Made by a program: the position numbers and the translations under genes | Notes under the pieces: generated by a model | The model's input: the letters and a program-made list of their open reading frames with translations, nothing else | What the model was told of the DNA's origin: nothing | Database searches by the model: none | Origin: Patescibacteria group bacterium | GTDB lineage: Bacteria; Patescibacteriota; WWE3; CG2-30-40-12 | NCBI GenBank assembly: GCA_018817085.1 | Contig: JAHIUT010000063.1 | Span: 1-32,662 of the forward strand | Reading direction: 5' to 3' | DNA length: 32,662 bases | Part shown: positions 14,825 through 22,868 of the stretch, in pieces | How the letters are laid out: each line of letters begins with the position of its first letter | How positions within the stretch are numbered: position 1 is the first letter of the stretch

Positions 14825-15751
14825 ATGAGACGAATGGTAGTATTTGATTTCTATAACCTCCTCCACCGCTCATATCACGCTTTTCCGCGAGAGATGAAAA
14901 CATCCACAGGCGTTCAAACCAACGCAGTTTATGGTTTTATATCATCAGTTTTAAATATAATCAAAGAATTTAATCCTCAATATGTAATTGTCGCAGGGGA
15001 GTCAGGACCTTCGTTTAGAAAAGAACAATTTGAAGATTATAAAGCCACCAGAACATGGCGAAAAGACCATCCCGACGAAGCGAAGGAATTGGACGCGCAA
15101 GCTGAACTTGTAAAAGAAATATTGTCGGCAATGGAAATCCCTCTAATAGACATCCCAACTTATGAAGCGGACGATGTTATTGGAAGTGTAACGAAAAAAT
15201 TCGCCAAGGATAATGTGGAAATGCTCCTAATCTCCAACGATATGGATATGTTGCAGTTGGTTAATGGATTTGTTAAGGCGTTTCGTCCCGCAAGACCTCC
15301 TTTTGTAAAAAAGAAGATATATACCAAAGAAGAGGTTGTAAAAAGTTTTGGGTTTGGACCGGATAAAATTGTTGATTACAAATCTTTGCGAGGAGACCCT
15401 AGCGACAACATTCCTGGTGTAAAAGGAATTGGCGAAAAAACCGCTAAGAAATTAATCCACGAGTTTGGAAGTTTAGAAAACATATATAAAAATATTGATG
15501 CCATTACCCCGCCAGCGCTAAAAAAAAAGCTTACGGAAGGAAAAGAAAGCGCGTTCTTGTCAAAAGAGTTATCCACAATTAAAATTGATGTTCCCGTGGA
15601 GACTTCTTTAAAAGACGCGGAAATAAAGGATTTCAGAAATGAGAATGTCCTTTCCGCTTTTAATAAATATGAATTTAAATCTTTACTGGAAAAACTCTCC
15701 TCGGACAAAACCCCGCCCACACACGAGAATCAAATGGGGCTAGGATTATAA
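14825..15751 (+). CDS. Stand-alone 5'-3' exonuclease / flap endonuclease (Pol I N-terminal domain homolog)
   Basis: 308 aa. Contains YKATR, EADDVIG, SNDMDMLQL and the H3TH region GDPSDNIPGVKGIGEKTAKKLIHEFGSLENIY. There is no polymerase domain. Confidence 0.85.
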   Translation: MRRMVVFDFYNLLHRSYHAFPREMKTSTGVQTNAVYGFISSVLNIIKEFNPQYVIVAGESGPSFRKEQFEDYKATRTWRKDHPDEAKELDAQAELVKEILSAMEIPLIDIPTYEADDVIGSVTKKFAKDNVEMLLISNDMDMLQLVNGFVKAFRPARPPFVKKKIYTKEEVVKSFGFGPDKIVDYKSLRGDPSDNIPGVKGIGEKTAKKLIHEFGSLENIYKNIDAITPPALKKKLTEGKESAFLSKELSTIKIDVPVETSLKDAEIKDFRNENVLSAFNKYEFKSLLEKLSSDKTPPTHENQMGLGL

Positions 15752-15755
15752 TTCC

Positions 15756-15849
15756 AGCGTCATTGCGATCCGCCAAACTGGCGGAGAAGCAATCCCTAAC
15801 GAGATTGCTTCGTTGTTCGCCTACGGCTCACTTTCTCGCAATGACGATG
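15756..15849 (+). repeat. Nested-palindrome intergenic element, copy B
   Basis: Outer stem cgtcattgcga / tcgcaatgacg. Inner hairpins tccgcca-aac-tggcgga (15769-15785) and gaagcaatc-cctaacga-gattgcttc (15786-15811). Confidence 0.8.
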
Positions 15850-15864
15850 TGTTAAAATACTCTT

Positions 15865-17031
15865 ATGCCTAAAATCGCAATTATTCACGACTATCTTAAC
15901 ACTTATGGCGGAGCCGAAAGTGTTGTTAACGCTATTTGGGAGCTTTTTGATAAACCTCCTATCTACACCGCTTTATGGAACCCCAAAGCCTTTGAAGGTA
16001 CAAAAGCTTTTGAAAATGCAGATATCCGCGTTCCCAAATGGGCAGGTTTCCCCTTCGTAAATAAGTTCTATAAATACTTGGTTCCCTTATATCCCCTAAT
16101 GTTTGAAAGACTTAATTTGAGCGATTTTGATATTATACTTTCTTCCTCGGCAAATTTTGCCAAAGGAGTAAAAACTAACAAGGGTCAACTGCACATAAGC
16201 TACATTCACACACCTCCCCGCTTTTTATACGGATATCCCACCGAAACCGTTAAACGAGATGTATGGTACTGGAAACCAATTCTAAAAGTTGTGGATTATT
16301 TCTTATTAAGATGGGACCAAAAAGCCGCGCAAAGACCAGATTTTCTCTTGTGTAATTCAAAAGAGGTAAAGCTGAGAATCAAAAAATTTTATAAACGGGA
16401 CGCTGAAATAATTCCGCCATTTCTATCCTTGAATAAAGACTATGAAGAGATAAAAGCCGAAGGCGGCGATTACTATTTAATAATTACTAGAATGTCTTTA
16501 TACAAAAATCCCGATAAAGTTATCTTGGCATGCAAGGAACTTGGGCGGAGTTTAAAAGTTGCGGGGAACGGGAAAGAATTTGAGAGATTTAAAAAAATTG
16601 CGGAAGATGTTTCGTCCAACAAAGGCAAGATTGAAATGTTAGGTTTTGTATCCGAAAAAAGAAAAACGGCTTTGCTTAAAGGTTGTCGCGCCTTTATTTA
16701 CCCAGTTGAATATGAAGATTTTGGAATGGCACCCCTTGAAGCAATGTATTTTGGAAAACCCGCTATAGTTTTAAACCAAGGCGGGCTTAAAGATTACCTT
16801 GTGGAGGAATATAACGGCATATATATACAAAAACCCACCGTAGAAGGGGTGGCGAACGCTATAAAAAAATTTGAGGGTATGGAGAAGAAAGTTAATTGGG
16901 AAAAGAATTGTAAGAAAACGGCGGAGAGGTATACTAAAGAACAGTTCCAACACAAACTAAAAGAGTTTGTGGAGGAGAAATGGGAGAAGGCATCTCAAAT
17001 GTTAAATGTCAAATGTCAAAACCACATCTGA
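15865..17031 (+). CDS. Glycosyltransferase, family 4-like (GT-B fold)
   Basis: 388 aa. The C-terminal domain has the E-x7-E region (YPVEYEDFGMAPLEAMYFGKPAIV). The last about 10 codons lie inside an inverted-repeat element. Confidence 0.8.
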   Translation: MPKIAIIHDYLNTYGGAESVVNAIWELFDKPPIYTALWNPKAFEGTKAFENADIRVPKWAGFPFVNKFYKYLVPLYPLMFERLNLSDFDIILSSSANFAKGVKTNKGQLHISYIHTPPRFLYGYPTETVKRDVWYWKPILKVVDYFLLRWDQKAAQRPDFLLCNSKEVKLRIKKFYKRDAEIIPPFLSLNKDYEEIKAEGGDYYLIITRMSLYKNPDKVILACKELGRSLKVAGNGKEFERFKKIAEDVSSNKGKIEMLGFVSEKRKTALLKGCRAFIYPVEYEDFGMAPLEAMYFGKPAIVLNQGGLKDYLVEEYNGIYIQKPTVEGVANAIKKFEGMEKKVNWEKNCKKTAERYTKEQFQHKLKEFVEEKWEKASQMLNVKCQNHI

Positions 17032-17140
17032 AATCTTAAATCTGAATAAGGTGCTCATTAAGTTTTTAGTTTTAAGTTGTGACTACGCGAAGCGAACTTA
17101 CTTCGTAACTTTTGAGATTTGCGTTTTGAGATTTGACATT
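17005..17140. repeat. 136-bp element bounded by 18-bp terminal inverted repeats
   Basis: aatgtcaaatgtcaaaac (17005-17022) matches the reverse complement of gttttgagatttgacatt (17123-17140) at 17/18 positions. It spans the glycosyltransferase stop codon and ends 5 nt before the mutM ATG. Confidence 0.7.
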
Positions 17141-17145
17141 CTTTT

Positions 17146-17964
17146 ATGCCCGAACTACCAGAAGTAACTACAATTACAAATCAACTTAAAAAAGAGGTGG
17201 TAGGTAAAAAAATCTCTTCTGTTTTTATTAACCAAAATTACAAGGTGTATCCTTCAAACGAAGAATTTATTAAGGATGTCCTTGGCTCTAAAGTTCGGGA
17301 TGTTTTTAGAATTGCAAAAGTAATCGTTATTGAAATTAAAAAAGGCGATGAAGAAAAGTATATTGCAATACATTTAGCTATGACCGGCCGGTTACAATTA
17401 GCTAAAGATTCGCCTTATCTAGTTAAATGCGAGTTTGAAGACAAATCAAAAATAGTTTTTGCGGACCAGAGGCGGTTTGGATATGTAAAACTTTTAGATG
17501 AAGTAGAACTTGCGAAACTTAAAAATAAATACGGCCCCGATCCTTCGGAAGTTACCGCTATAAAGTTTGAGAAAAGGATTAAGAGCAAAAACACGAATAT
17601 AAAAAACGCGCTATTGGACCAACAAATAATTGCCGGAATCGGCAACATTTACGCAAACGAGGCTTTGTTTATGGCTAAAATTCATCCCAAAACCCGTACT
17701 AACAATATAACAACACAACAATACAGCCATTTACTCGCAGAAATTAAGCAAGTTTTATCTGATGCTATTAAACATAAAGGGTCAACCTTATCCGACTTAA
17801 TGTATAGTGACATTTATGGAAAATATGGGGAACATCAAAAATACTTTAAGATTTATGGAAAACAAAATGAAAACTGCGCGGTCTGCAAAACTAGAATTGA
17901 GTTTATAATCCTAAATGGACGCGGGACTTATTTCTGCCCTGCTTGCCAAAAACTATGTTTATAA
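17146..17964 (+). CDS. mutM: Formamidopyrimidine-DNA glycosylase
   Basis: N-terminal MPELPEV, H2TH region and C-terminal zinc finger CAVCKTRIEFIILNGRGTYFCPACQ. Confidence 0.9.
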   Translation: MPELPEVTTITNQLKKEVVGKKISSVFINQNYKVYPSNEEFIKDVLGSKVRDVFRIAKVIVIEIKKGDEEKYIAIHLAMTGRLQLAKDSPYLVKCEFEDKSKIVFADQRRFGYVKLLDEVELAKLKNKYGPDPSEVTAIKFEKRIKSKNTNIKNALLDQQIIAGIGNIYANEALFMAKIHPKTRTNNITTQQYSHLLAEIKQVLSDAIKHKGSTLSDLMYSDIYGKYGEHQKYFKIYGKQNENCAVCKTRIEFIILNGRGTYFCPACQKLCL

Positions 17965-19010
17965 AAGAGCTGACCCTAACAAATTTTAGAAATCACAAAA
18001 AGGCTACCTTTAACTTCAGTAAGGGTGTTAATTTAATACTGGGCCCAAACACTTCGGGCAAATCAAATGTCCTTGAGGTTTTATATTTTTTAGCCACGGG
18101 CTCATTTATAAAAGCGAGTTTAGATGGAGACATTATCGCTTACAACGAAAGCTTTTGCAGAATAGACGCAGTGGTTAATAAAAAAGAGGATGCTGTTAGC
18201 CTATCCAGCGCTGTAGTATATGTAGAAGAGACCGATAAAACCACAAAAACTTATGAGGTTAACAAAATAAAAAGAGCAAAAAATAAATTTTTGGGAAATT
18301 TTTACGCCGTTTTGTTTACTCCGGAAAGCTTGGAGCTTGTTACCGACTCCCCTTCTCTAAGGCGCGAATATATGGATTTTGTGTTGTCTCAAACCGATCC
18401 TAAATATCGGGTTATTAAACCTCTTTATGATAAGGTGGTAAGAAACCGAAACCGCATTTTGGAAAAAATTAGGGACACTCGCGTATCCTCCGTTCAACTG
18501 GATTATTGGGATATGAAAACTCTGGAATATGGAATATATATCCAAAATACGAGAGATGCTTTTTTTAATTTCGTGGACAGAGAAATGGGCGACACTTCTA
18601 AATTATTAGGTCTCAAAAACCTTAAAATTAATTATTTAAAAAACCCTATTTCAAAAGAGCGGCTACAAGACTTTCGTTTAAAAGATATTCAAGCAGGGGT
18701 AACTTTAATAGGTCCCCACCGAGACGATTTTGAGTTTTTGCTACAGAACCGAAACCTAAAAAGTTTTGGCTCGCGAGGAGAACAAAGAACTGGAGCGATA
18801 GCCCTTAAAATGCGCGAACTTGCGTTTATTAGAAACGAATTGAACAACAACCCCACTCTTCTTTTAGACGATATCTTTAGCGAACTAGATGAGAAACATA
18901 GAGAAACCATAATAAATATCTGCCAAGACCAACAAACTATAATTACTTCGGCAGAAAAAGATTTAGTCCCCAAACCCCTAATAGCTCTTGCTAAAACATT
19001 TTATCTTTAG
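17955..19010 (+). CDS. recF: DNA replication and repair protein RecF
   Basis: Start set at the ATG (MFIKELTLTNFRN). Walker A GPNTSGKSN, signature SRGEQRT and Walker B LLLDDIFSELD. It overlaps the mutM 3' end. Confidence 0.85.
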   Translation: MFIKELTLTNFRNHKKATFNFSKGVNLILGPNTSGKSNVLEVLYFLATGSFIKASLDGDIIAYNESFCRIDAVVNKKEDAVSLSSAVVYVEETDKTTKTYEVNKIKRAKNKFLGNFYAVLFTPESLELVTDSPSLRREYMDFVLSQTDPKYRVIKPLYDKVVRNRNRILEKIRDTRVSSVQLDYWDMKTLEYGIYIQNTRDAFFNFVDREMGDTSKLLGLKNLKINYLKNPISKERLQDFRLKDIQAGVTLIGPHRDDFEFLLQNRNLKSFGSRGEQRTGAIALKMRELAFIRNELNNNPTLLLDDIFSELDEKHRETIINICQDQQTIITSAEKDLVPKPLIALAKTFYL

Positions 19011-19021
19011 GATTATTTTTC

Positions 19022-19054
19022 TTGCGGGAAATTTGCGGAAATTTTGCGGGAAAT
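19022..19054 (+). repeat. Three tandem copies of TTGCGG(G)AAAT
   Basis: ttgcgggaaat / ttgcggaaat / (t)ttgcgggaaat, read directly. They are followed by phased 8-mers (atggtttt atggcttt attgtttt ctggtttc; caatacaa caatacgg caataaaa). Confidence 0.85.
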
Positions 19055-19073
19055 GGTAGAATGGGAAGAAGGG

Positions 19074-19095
19074 ATGGTTTTATGGCTTTATTGTT
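19074..19095. repeat. Upstream copy of a 22-bp direct repeat flanking the fic gene
   Basis: atggttTtatggCtttattgtt matches 20228-20249 (atggttAtatggTtttattgtt) at 20/22 positions. Confidence 0.75.
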
Positions 19096-19150
19096 TTCTG
19101 GTTTCAATAACAATACAACAATACGGCAATAAAACAATTATCAGATTAAT

Positions 19151-20221
19151 ATGTATTCTCCAAAATACACTATAACTAACAACATATTAAACAATGTGGG
19201 GCGGGTAGAGGCGGCAAAAGAAATTATTGAAAACTCCCCTCTTATACCTTCATGGGAAAGGGATTTTGTAAAAGACGCGCAAATAAGAACTGTTCACTAC
19301 TCTACTCATTTGGAAGGCAATCCTTTGGAATTTCCGGAAGTGAAAAAAATAATAGAAGGCTACGAAGAAGATGTTATCGCTCACGATAGAGATGTTTATG
19401 AGGTAATAAATTATAGAGAACTTGTCCGTTTTATAGAAAAACTTTTTGAGGAATCCAAAAAGAATAAAAAAACTTCCGCGGATATTATAAACTTAAATTT
19501 AATCTTAAAAATACATAAAATACTTTCTCATAAAATATTAAAGGAGGAGAGGCAAGGGAAAATAAGAATTAAAAACGCCAATTTAATAAGTTCAAAAAAT
19601 TTTGAAAAAGTATTAACATTTCCAAAAGCTGGTGAAATACCGCTTTTATTGGAAAATTTCTTGGCTTGGCTAATTTCCAAAGAAGGAAAAGGGATACATC
19701 CCGTTCTAAAGGCGGGAATTGTCCACTATGAGGTGACAAAAATTCACCCTTTTGACGACCAAAATGGTCGAACTGCTCGGGCGCTTTCAACATTAATTTT
19801 GTATCTGGACGGGTACAACATTAAAAGTTTTTTTTCGCTGGACGAACATTTTGACCAAAACCCGATGGATTACTATAACCATTTGGCAAGCGTTCAAGAA
19901 AATAACGGGGATTTAACAGAGTGGCTAACATATTTTAGCAAAACCCTTGCCATTGAACTTAATAGAATTAAAAACAAGGTTTTGAAATTGTCCAAAGACG
20001 CGAAACTAAAGGATGTTGTTGGACAGGTAGCGTTAAGCGAAAGGCAGGAAAAGATTGTAAATTACATTCAGGATTTTGGATTCATAAATAACAGCAAGTG
20101 GAAGAAAATATTTTCAGATTACAGCGACGACACAATTTTAAGAGATTTGCAGGAATTGTTGAAAAATAAGATCATAAAAAAGGTTGGAAAAACAAAATCG
20201 GCAAGGTATGTTTTAAGATAA
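19151..20221 (+). CDS. Fic-domain protein with intramolecular inhibitory motif and C-terminal winged-helix domain
   Basis: Fic motif HPFDDQNGRTAR. The N-terminal S51-T-H-L-E-G56 fits the [ST]xxxE[GN] inhibitory helix. The C-terminus ...LRDLQELLKNKIIKKVGKTKSARYVL is wHTH-like. Confidence 0.85.
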   Translation: MYSPKYTITNNILNNVGRVEAAKEIIENSPLIPSWERDFVKDAQIRTVHYSTHLEGNPLEFPEVKKIIEGYEEDVIAHDRDVYEVINYRELVRFIEKLFEESKKNKKTSADIINLNLILKIHKILSHKILKEERQGKIRIKNANLISSKNFEKVLTFPKAGEIPLLLENFLAWLISKEGKGIHPVLKAGIVHYEVTKIHPFDDQNGRTARALSTLILYLDGYNIKSFFSLDEHFDQNPMDYYNHLASVQENNGDLTEWLTYFSKTLAIELNRIKNKVLKLSKDAKLKDVVGQVALSERQEKIVNYIQDFGFINNSKWKKIFSDYSDDTILRDLQELLKNKIIKKVGKTKSARYVLR

Positions 20222-20227
20222 AAAAGA

Positions 20228-20249
20228 ATGGTTATATGGTTTTATTGTT
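20228..20249. repeat. Downstream copy of the 22-bp direct repeat (overlaps the ligase stop codon)
   Basis: See 19074-19095. Confidence 0.75.
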
Positions 20250-22002
20250 ACTTCTTCCAAAGTTTGTACAAGTTTTTTAATTCTTGAACGGTGGTGGCGT
20301 CTTTGGTTGCAATGTCATCTCTAAAAGCAATAAGTCTCGGAAACCGCAAAGCGTACCCCGCTGTGTGAATTGGGCTTACGGTTATTTCATCCGCTCTTAT
20401 AGAAGTTAAAATTTTAGGCTCGCACCATACATCGCAAAAAAGCTCTTTTGGGACAATATACTCCTTTGGTTTTTCCAAAACCTTTATTTTATCGCAACGA
20501 GCTTTTAATTCCCCCCACTGCTCGTCGGTTAAACCAGTACCAATTTTGGCTATGGTTTTAAATGTGTCGGACTTTTCGTCCAGCGCCCCCACCAAAAAAG
20601 CCCCCACACCAAATTTTGCGCGCTGTCCCGCTCCTTTATAATACCCAAGAACGATAGGTTCTAATGTATCTTCCAATCCCCCTGTTTCTTCTCTTTTAAA
20701 TTTAATCCACGCATACCCTCTTGAACCAACGGTATAAGAAGCGTTTAAATCTTTGGCTACAATCCCCTCAAGACCCTTTTCTATAGCTCTGTTAAAAACT
20801 TCCATAAGTTTATCCGCGGTATCCACAATTGTCTCGGGGGCAACGATGATTTTACCGTCCTCGTGAATTATTTTCTTTAAGATTTCTCGCCTATTCTTAA
20901 AAGAAGTGTGTATTAGCGATTCTCCGTTATAAAATAAAATATCAAAAACAATAAGTTTCAGAGGAATCTCTTCTGCCATAGCTTTTACATTATGTTTTCT
21001 TTTTCTTTTAATGGTTATTTGAAAAGAAACAAACTCCCCTGTTTTGGGGCTCATTCCAATAGCCTCGCAATCTAATATAGCAGTTTGCGCATTAACATTG
21101 TTTAAAACGGCGGAAGTTACATCGGGAAACATAGGAGTAGTTTCTTCCAAATTTCTCGTAAAAGTTTTAACAAAAGGAGTTTCCTCTTTTAGTAAAGAAT
21201 CGCCGCCCAAAGTGAACAATGTTCTAGTTCTGTCCAGATGTATTTGAACTCTTGTGCCATCATATTTGTTTTCTATAGCGGATATTTTATGCCTTTTTAT
21301 AATATCCTCTGCCGTATCAACTCGCTGGCAACGGGCGGAAAGAATTGGCACCCCGGTTTCTATGTTTATGTTTCTAATTCCACCAATTCCTTCTTCTTTT
21401 AACTTTTTTGCTATAAAACCAATATTTGGGTAGATTCTGTATTTTTCTTCAATTTGCTTTTTAAGAGACTTATCCTCTTTTTCCATCCACGACAACGCTT
21501 CTATTAGAGTAATTTCCGAAAACCCAAGCCGCATTGTTCCAAGAACTATTTTAATTGCGTATTTAGCGCCTAAACCGTCCATATTTTTTATTAAAGAGGA
21601 CAACTGCTGTATTTTTCTTTCTTGGGAACCTTCTCCCTCATCTAAAGCGATTTGTTTTAGCTTTTTATGCGCGTCTAAAATTGACAACGCCCCTTCATTT
21701 TTGTTTTGCGAAAAGAATTCTGCGGTTTTTCCAAGGTCTCCCAGCTCTTTATATTTTTTTAGAACGACCTCTTTTTCTTTGTTGTACGCAAAAGACAAAG
21801 CGCGCATAGCCATTTTTTCCGCCAGATTAAACTGCAAACTCTGATATGGGGGTTCTAAAGTTCCAAGCGACAAAAAAGCGGTTTCGTAAATTTCGTTTAC
21901 GGAAACGGAATTAAAAAGTTCGGCGAGGATAGCGGTTATTTCAAGTCGTTTGGGTGTTTCGGATAATTTTTCAAGATATTCGCAAAGGGTTTTAAACAGC
22001 AT
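20248..22002 (-). CDS. ATP-dependent DNA ligase (archaeal/eukaryotic Lig1-like architecture)
   Basis: 584 aa. Adenylation motif I ENKYDGTRVQIH (KxDG), motif IV/V region EGIVAKDLNASYTVGSRGYAWIKFK, and a long N-terminal DNA-binding-domain-like region. Confidence 0.85.
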   Translation of the reverse strand: MLFKTLCEYLEKLSETPKRLEITAILAELFNSVSVNEIYETAFLSLGTLEPPYQSLQFNLAEKMAMRALSFAYNKEKEVVLKKYKELGDLGKTAEFFSQNKNEGALSILDAHKKLKQIALDEGEGSQERKIQQLSSLIKNMDGLGAKYAIKIVLGTMRLGFSEITLIEALSWMEKEDKSLKKQIEEKYRIYPNIGFIAKKLKEEGIGGIRNINIETGVPILSARCQRVDTAEDIIKRHKISAIENKYDGTRVQIHLDRTRTLFTLGGDSLLKEETPFVKTFTRNLEETTPMFPDVTSAVLNNVNAQTAILDCEAIGMSPKTGEFVSFQITIKRKRKHNVKAMAEEIPLKLIVFDILFYNGESLIHTSFKNRREILKKIIHEDGKIIVAPETIVDTADKLMEVFNRAIEKGLEGIVAKDLNASYTVGSRGYAWIKFKREETGGLEDTLEPIVLGYYKGAGQRAKFGVGAFLVGALDEKSDTFKTIAKIGTGLTDEQWGELKARCDKIKVLEKPKEYIVPKELFCDVWCEPKILTSIRADEITVSPIHTAGYALRFPRLIAFRDDIATKDATTVQELKNLYKLWKK

Positions 22003-22020
22003 AAATACATTCTATCAAAA

Positions 22021-22050
22021 AGGGTTCAACCCTAAAAGGGTTTGAACCCT
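22021..22050. promoter_or_regulatory. Inverted repeat in the divergent ligase / 22079 promoter region
   Basis: agggttcaaccct-aaa-agggtttgaaccct. The arms are reverse complements apart from one extra T. It lies just upstream of the ligase -10 (TAGAAT, 22009-22014). Confidence 0.45.
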
Positions 22051-22078
22051 AATTAGCATCTGTTATTATAAAAAGAAT

Positions 22079-22390
22079 ATGGGTAACAGAAACTATGGTG
22101 GAGTTATTTGGACAAACCACGCTTTAGAAAGACTCGTTCAACGGGGTTTGCCCCAAGATTGGGCTTGGCAAACTTTTCAGTACCCCGAGGAGTCAAAACA
22201 GGGAAAGCAAGCAGGGACAGTTGAGTATGGGCGAAGATTTGGGGATTATAAAGTTTTAGTGGTGGCGAAACAGAATGAACGCGGGGAATGGCTTATACTT
22301 TCTTGTTGGGTAAACCCGCCATTTGCTAAAAAAGCGGGGTTTTGGAAAAAGCTTTGGTTACTATTCTTGCGAGATGTCCTCAAACTCTAA
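22079..22390 (+). CDS. Hypothetical small protein (possibly DUF4258-like)
   Basis: 103 aa. WTNHALERLVQRGLPQDW resembles the HA..R..eRgi start of DUF4258 toxins. The assignment is weak. Confidence 0.35.
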   Translation: MGNRNYGGVIWTNHALERLVQRGLPQDWAWQTFQYPEESKQGKQAGTVEYGRRFGDYKVLVVAKQNERGEWLILSCWVNPPFAKKAGFWKKLWLLFLRDVLKL

Positions 22391-22409
22391 GAGGGGAGTC
22401 TCTTTCCCA

Positions 22410-22439
22410 AAGGTCTCTCCTTGTACAAGGAGAGACCTT
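22410..22439. repeat. Perfect 30-bp palindrome
   Basis: aaggtctctcctt-gtac-aaggagagacctt. No T-run follows on either strand. It lies between the 22079 gene and the cupin gene. Confidence 0.85.
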
Positions 22440-22477
22440 AGTCTATGAGTTATTAGGTTATGAAAGAGGTGATATTT

Positions 22478-22858
22478 ATGGCAGGATATGTAGAAAACAT
22501 TGAAAAATTAACTTTAGAAAATAGCTTTTTTAGAAAAGTGCTTTTTACCGCGCCTCATTCGCAATTGGTTTTAATGTGTCTTAAACCAAATGAAGATATT
22601 GGAATGGAAGTCCATAACAATGTAGATCAATTTTTTAGGATTGAGGAAGGCGAAGGAAAAGTTATTCTAAACGGCGAGGAACATATAATCAGTGATGGGT
22701 CTGCGGTAATAGTTCCAGCGGGAACCGAGCATAATGTAATAAATACTTCTGCAGACAAAAACCTTAAGTTATACACCATATACAGCCCGGCAAACCACAA
22801 AGACGGTACGGTTCACCAAACCAGAGCGGAAGCTATGGTCGCCGAGGAAGAGGAATAA
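22478..22858 (+). CDS. Cupin-domain protein
   Basis: Start set at MAGYVENIEK because AGAGGTGA lies 7 nt upstream. Cupin motifs GMEVHNNVDQFFRIEEGEG and VIVPAGTEHNVIN. Confidence 0.7.
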   Translation: MAGYVENIEKLTLENSFFRKVLFTAPHSQLVLMCLKPNEDIGMEVHNNVDQFFRIEEGEGKVILNGEEHIISDGSAVIVPAGTEHNVINTSADKNLKLYTIYSPANHKDGTVHQTRAEAMVAEEEE

Positions 22859-22868
22859 ATTAGTATCC

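Noticed and set aside
19022-19054. CRISPR array candidates (this tandem repeat and the other repeat families)
   Set aside because: The repeats are contiguous 10-11-mers or isolated palindromes without unique spacers of about 30 nt, and no cas genes are present.
19011-19150. Chromosomal origin of replication next to recF
   Set aside because: No TTATCCACA-like DnaA boxes are visible, and no dnaA/dnaN genes lie in the window. The repeats are kept only as an iteron-like curiosity.
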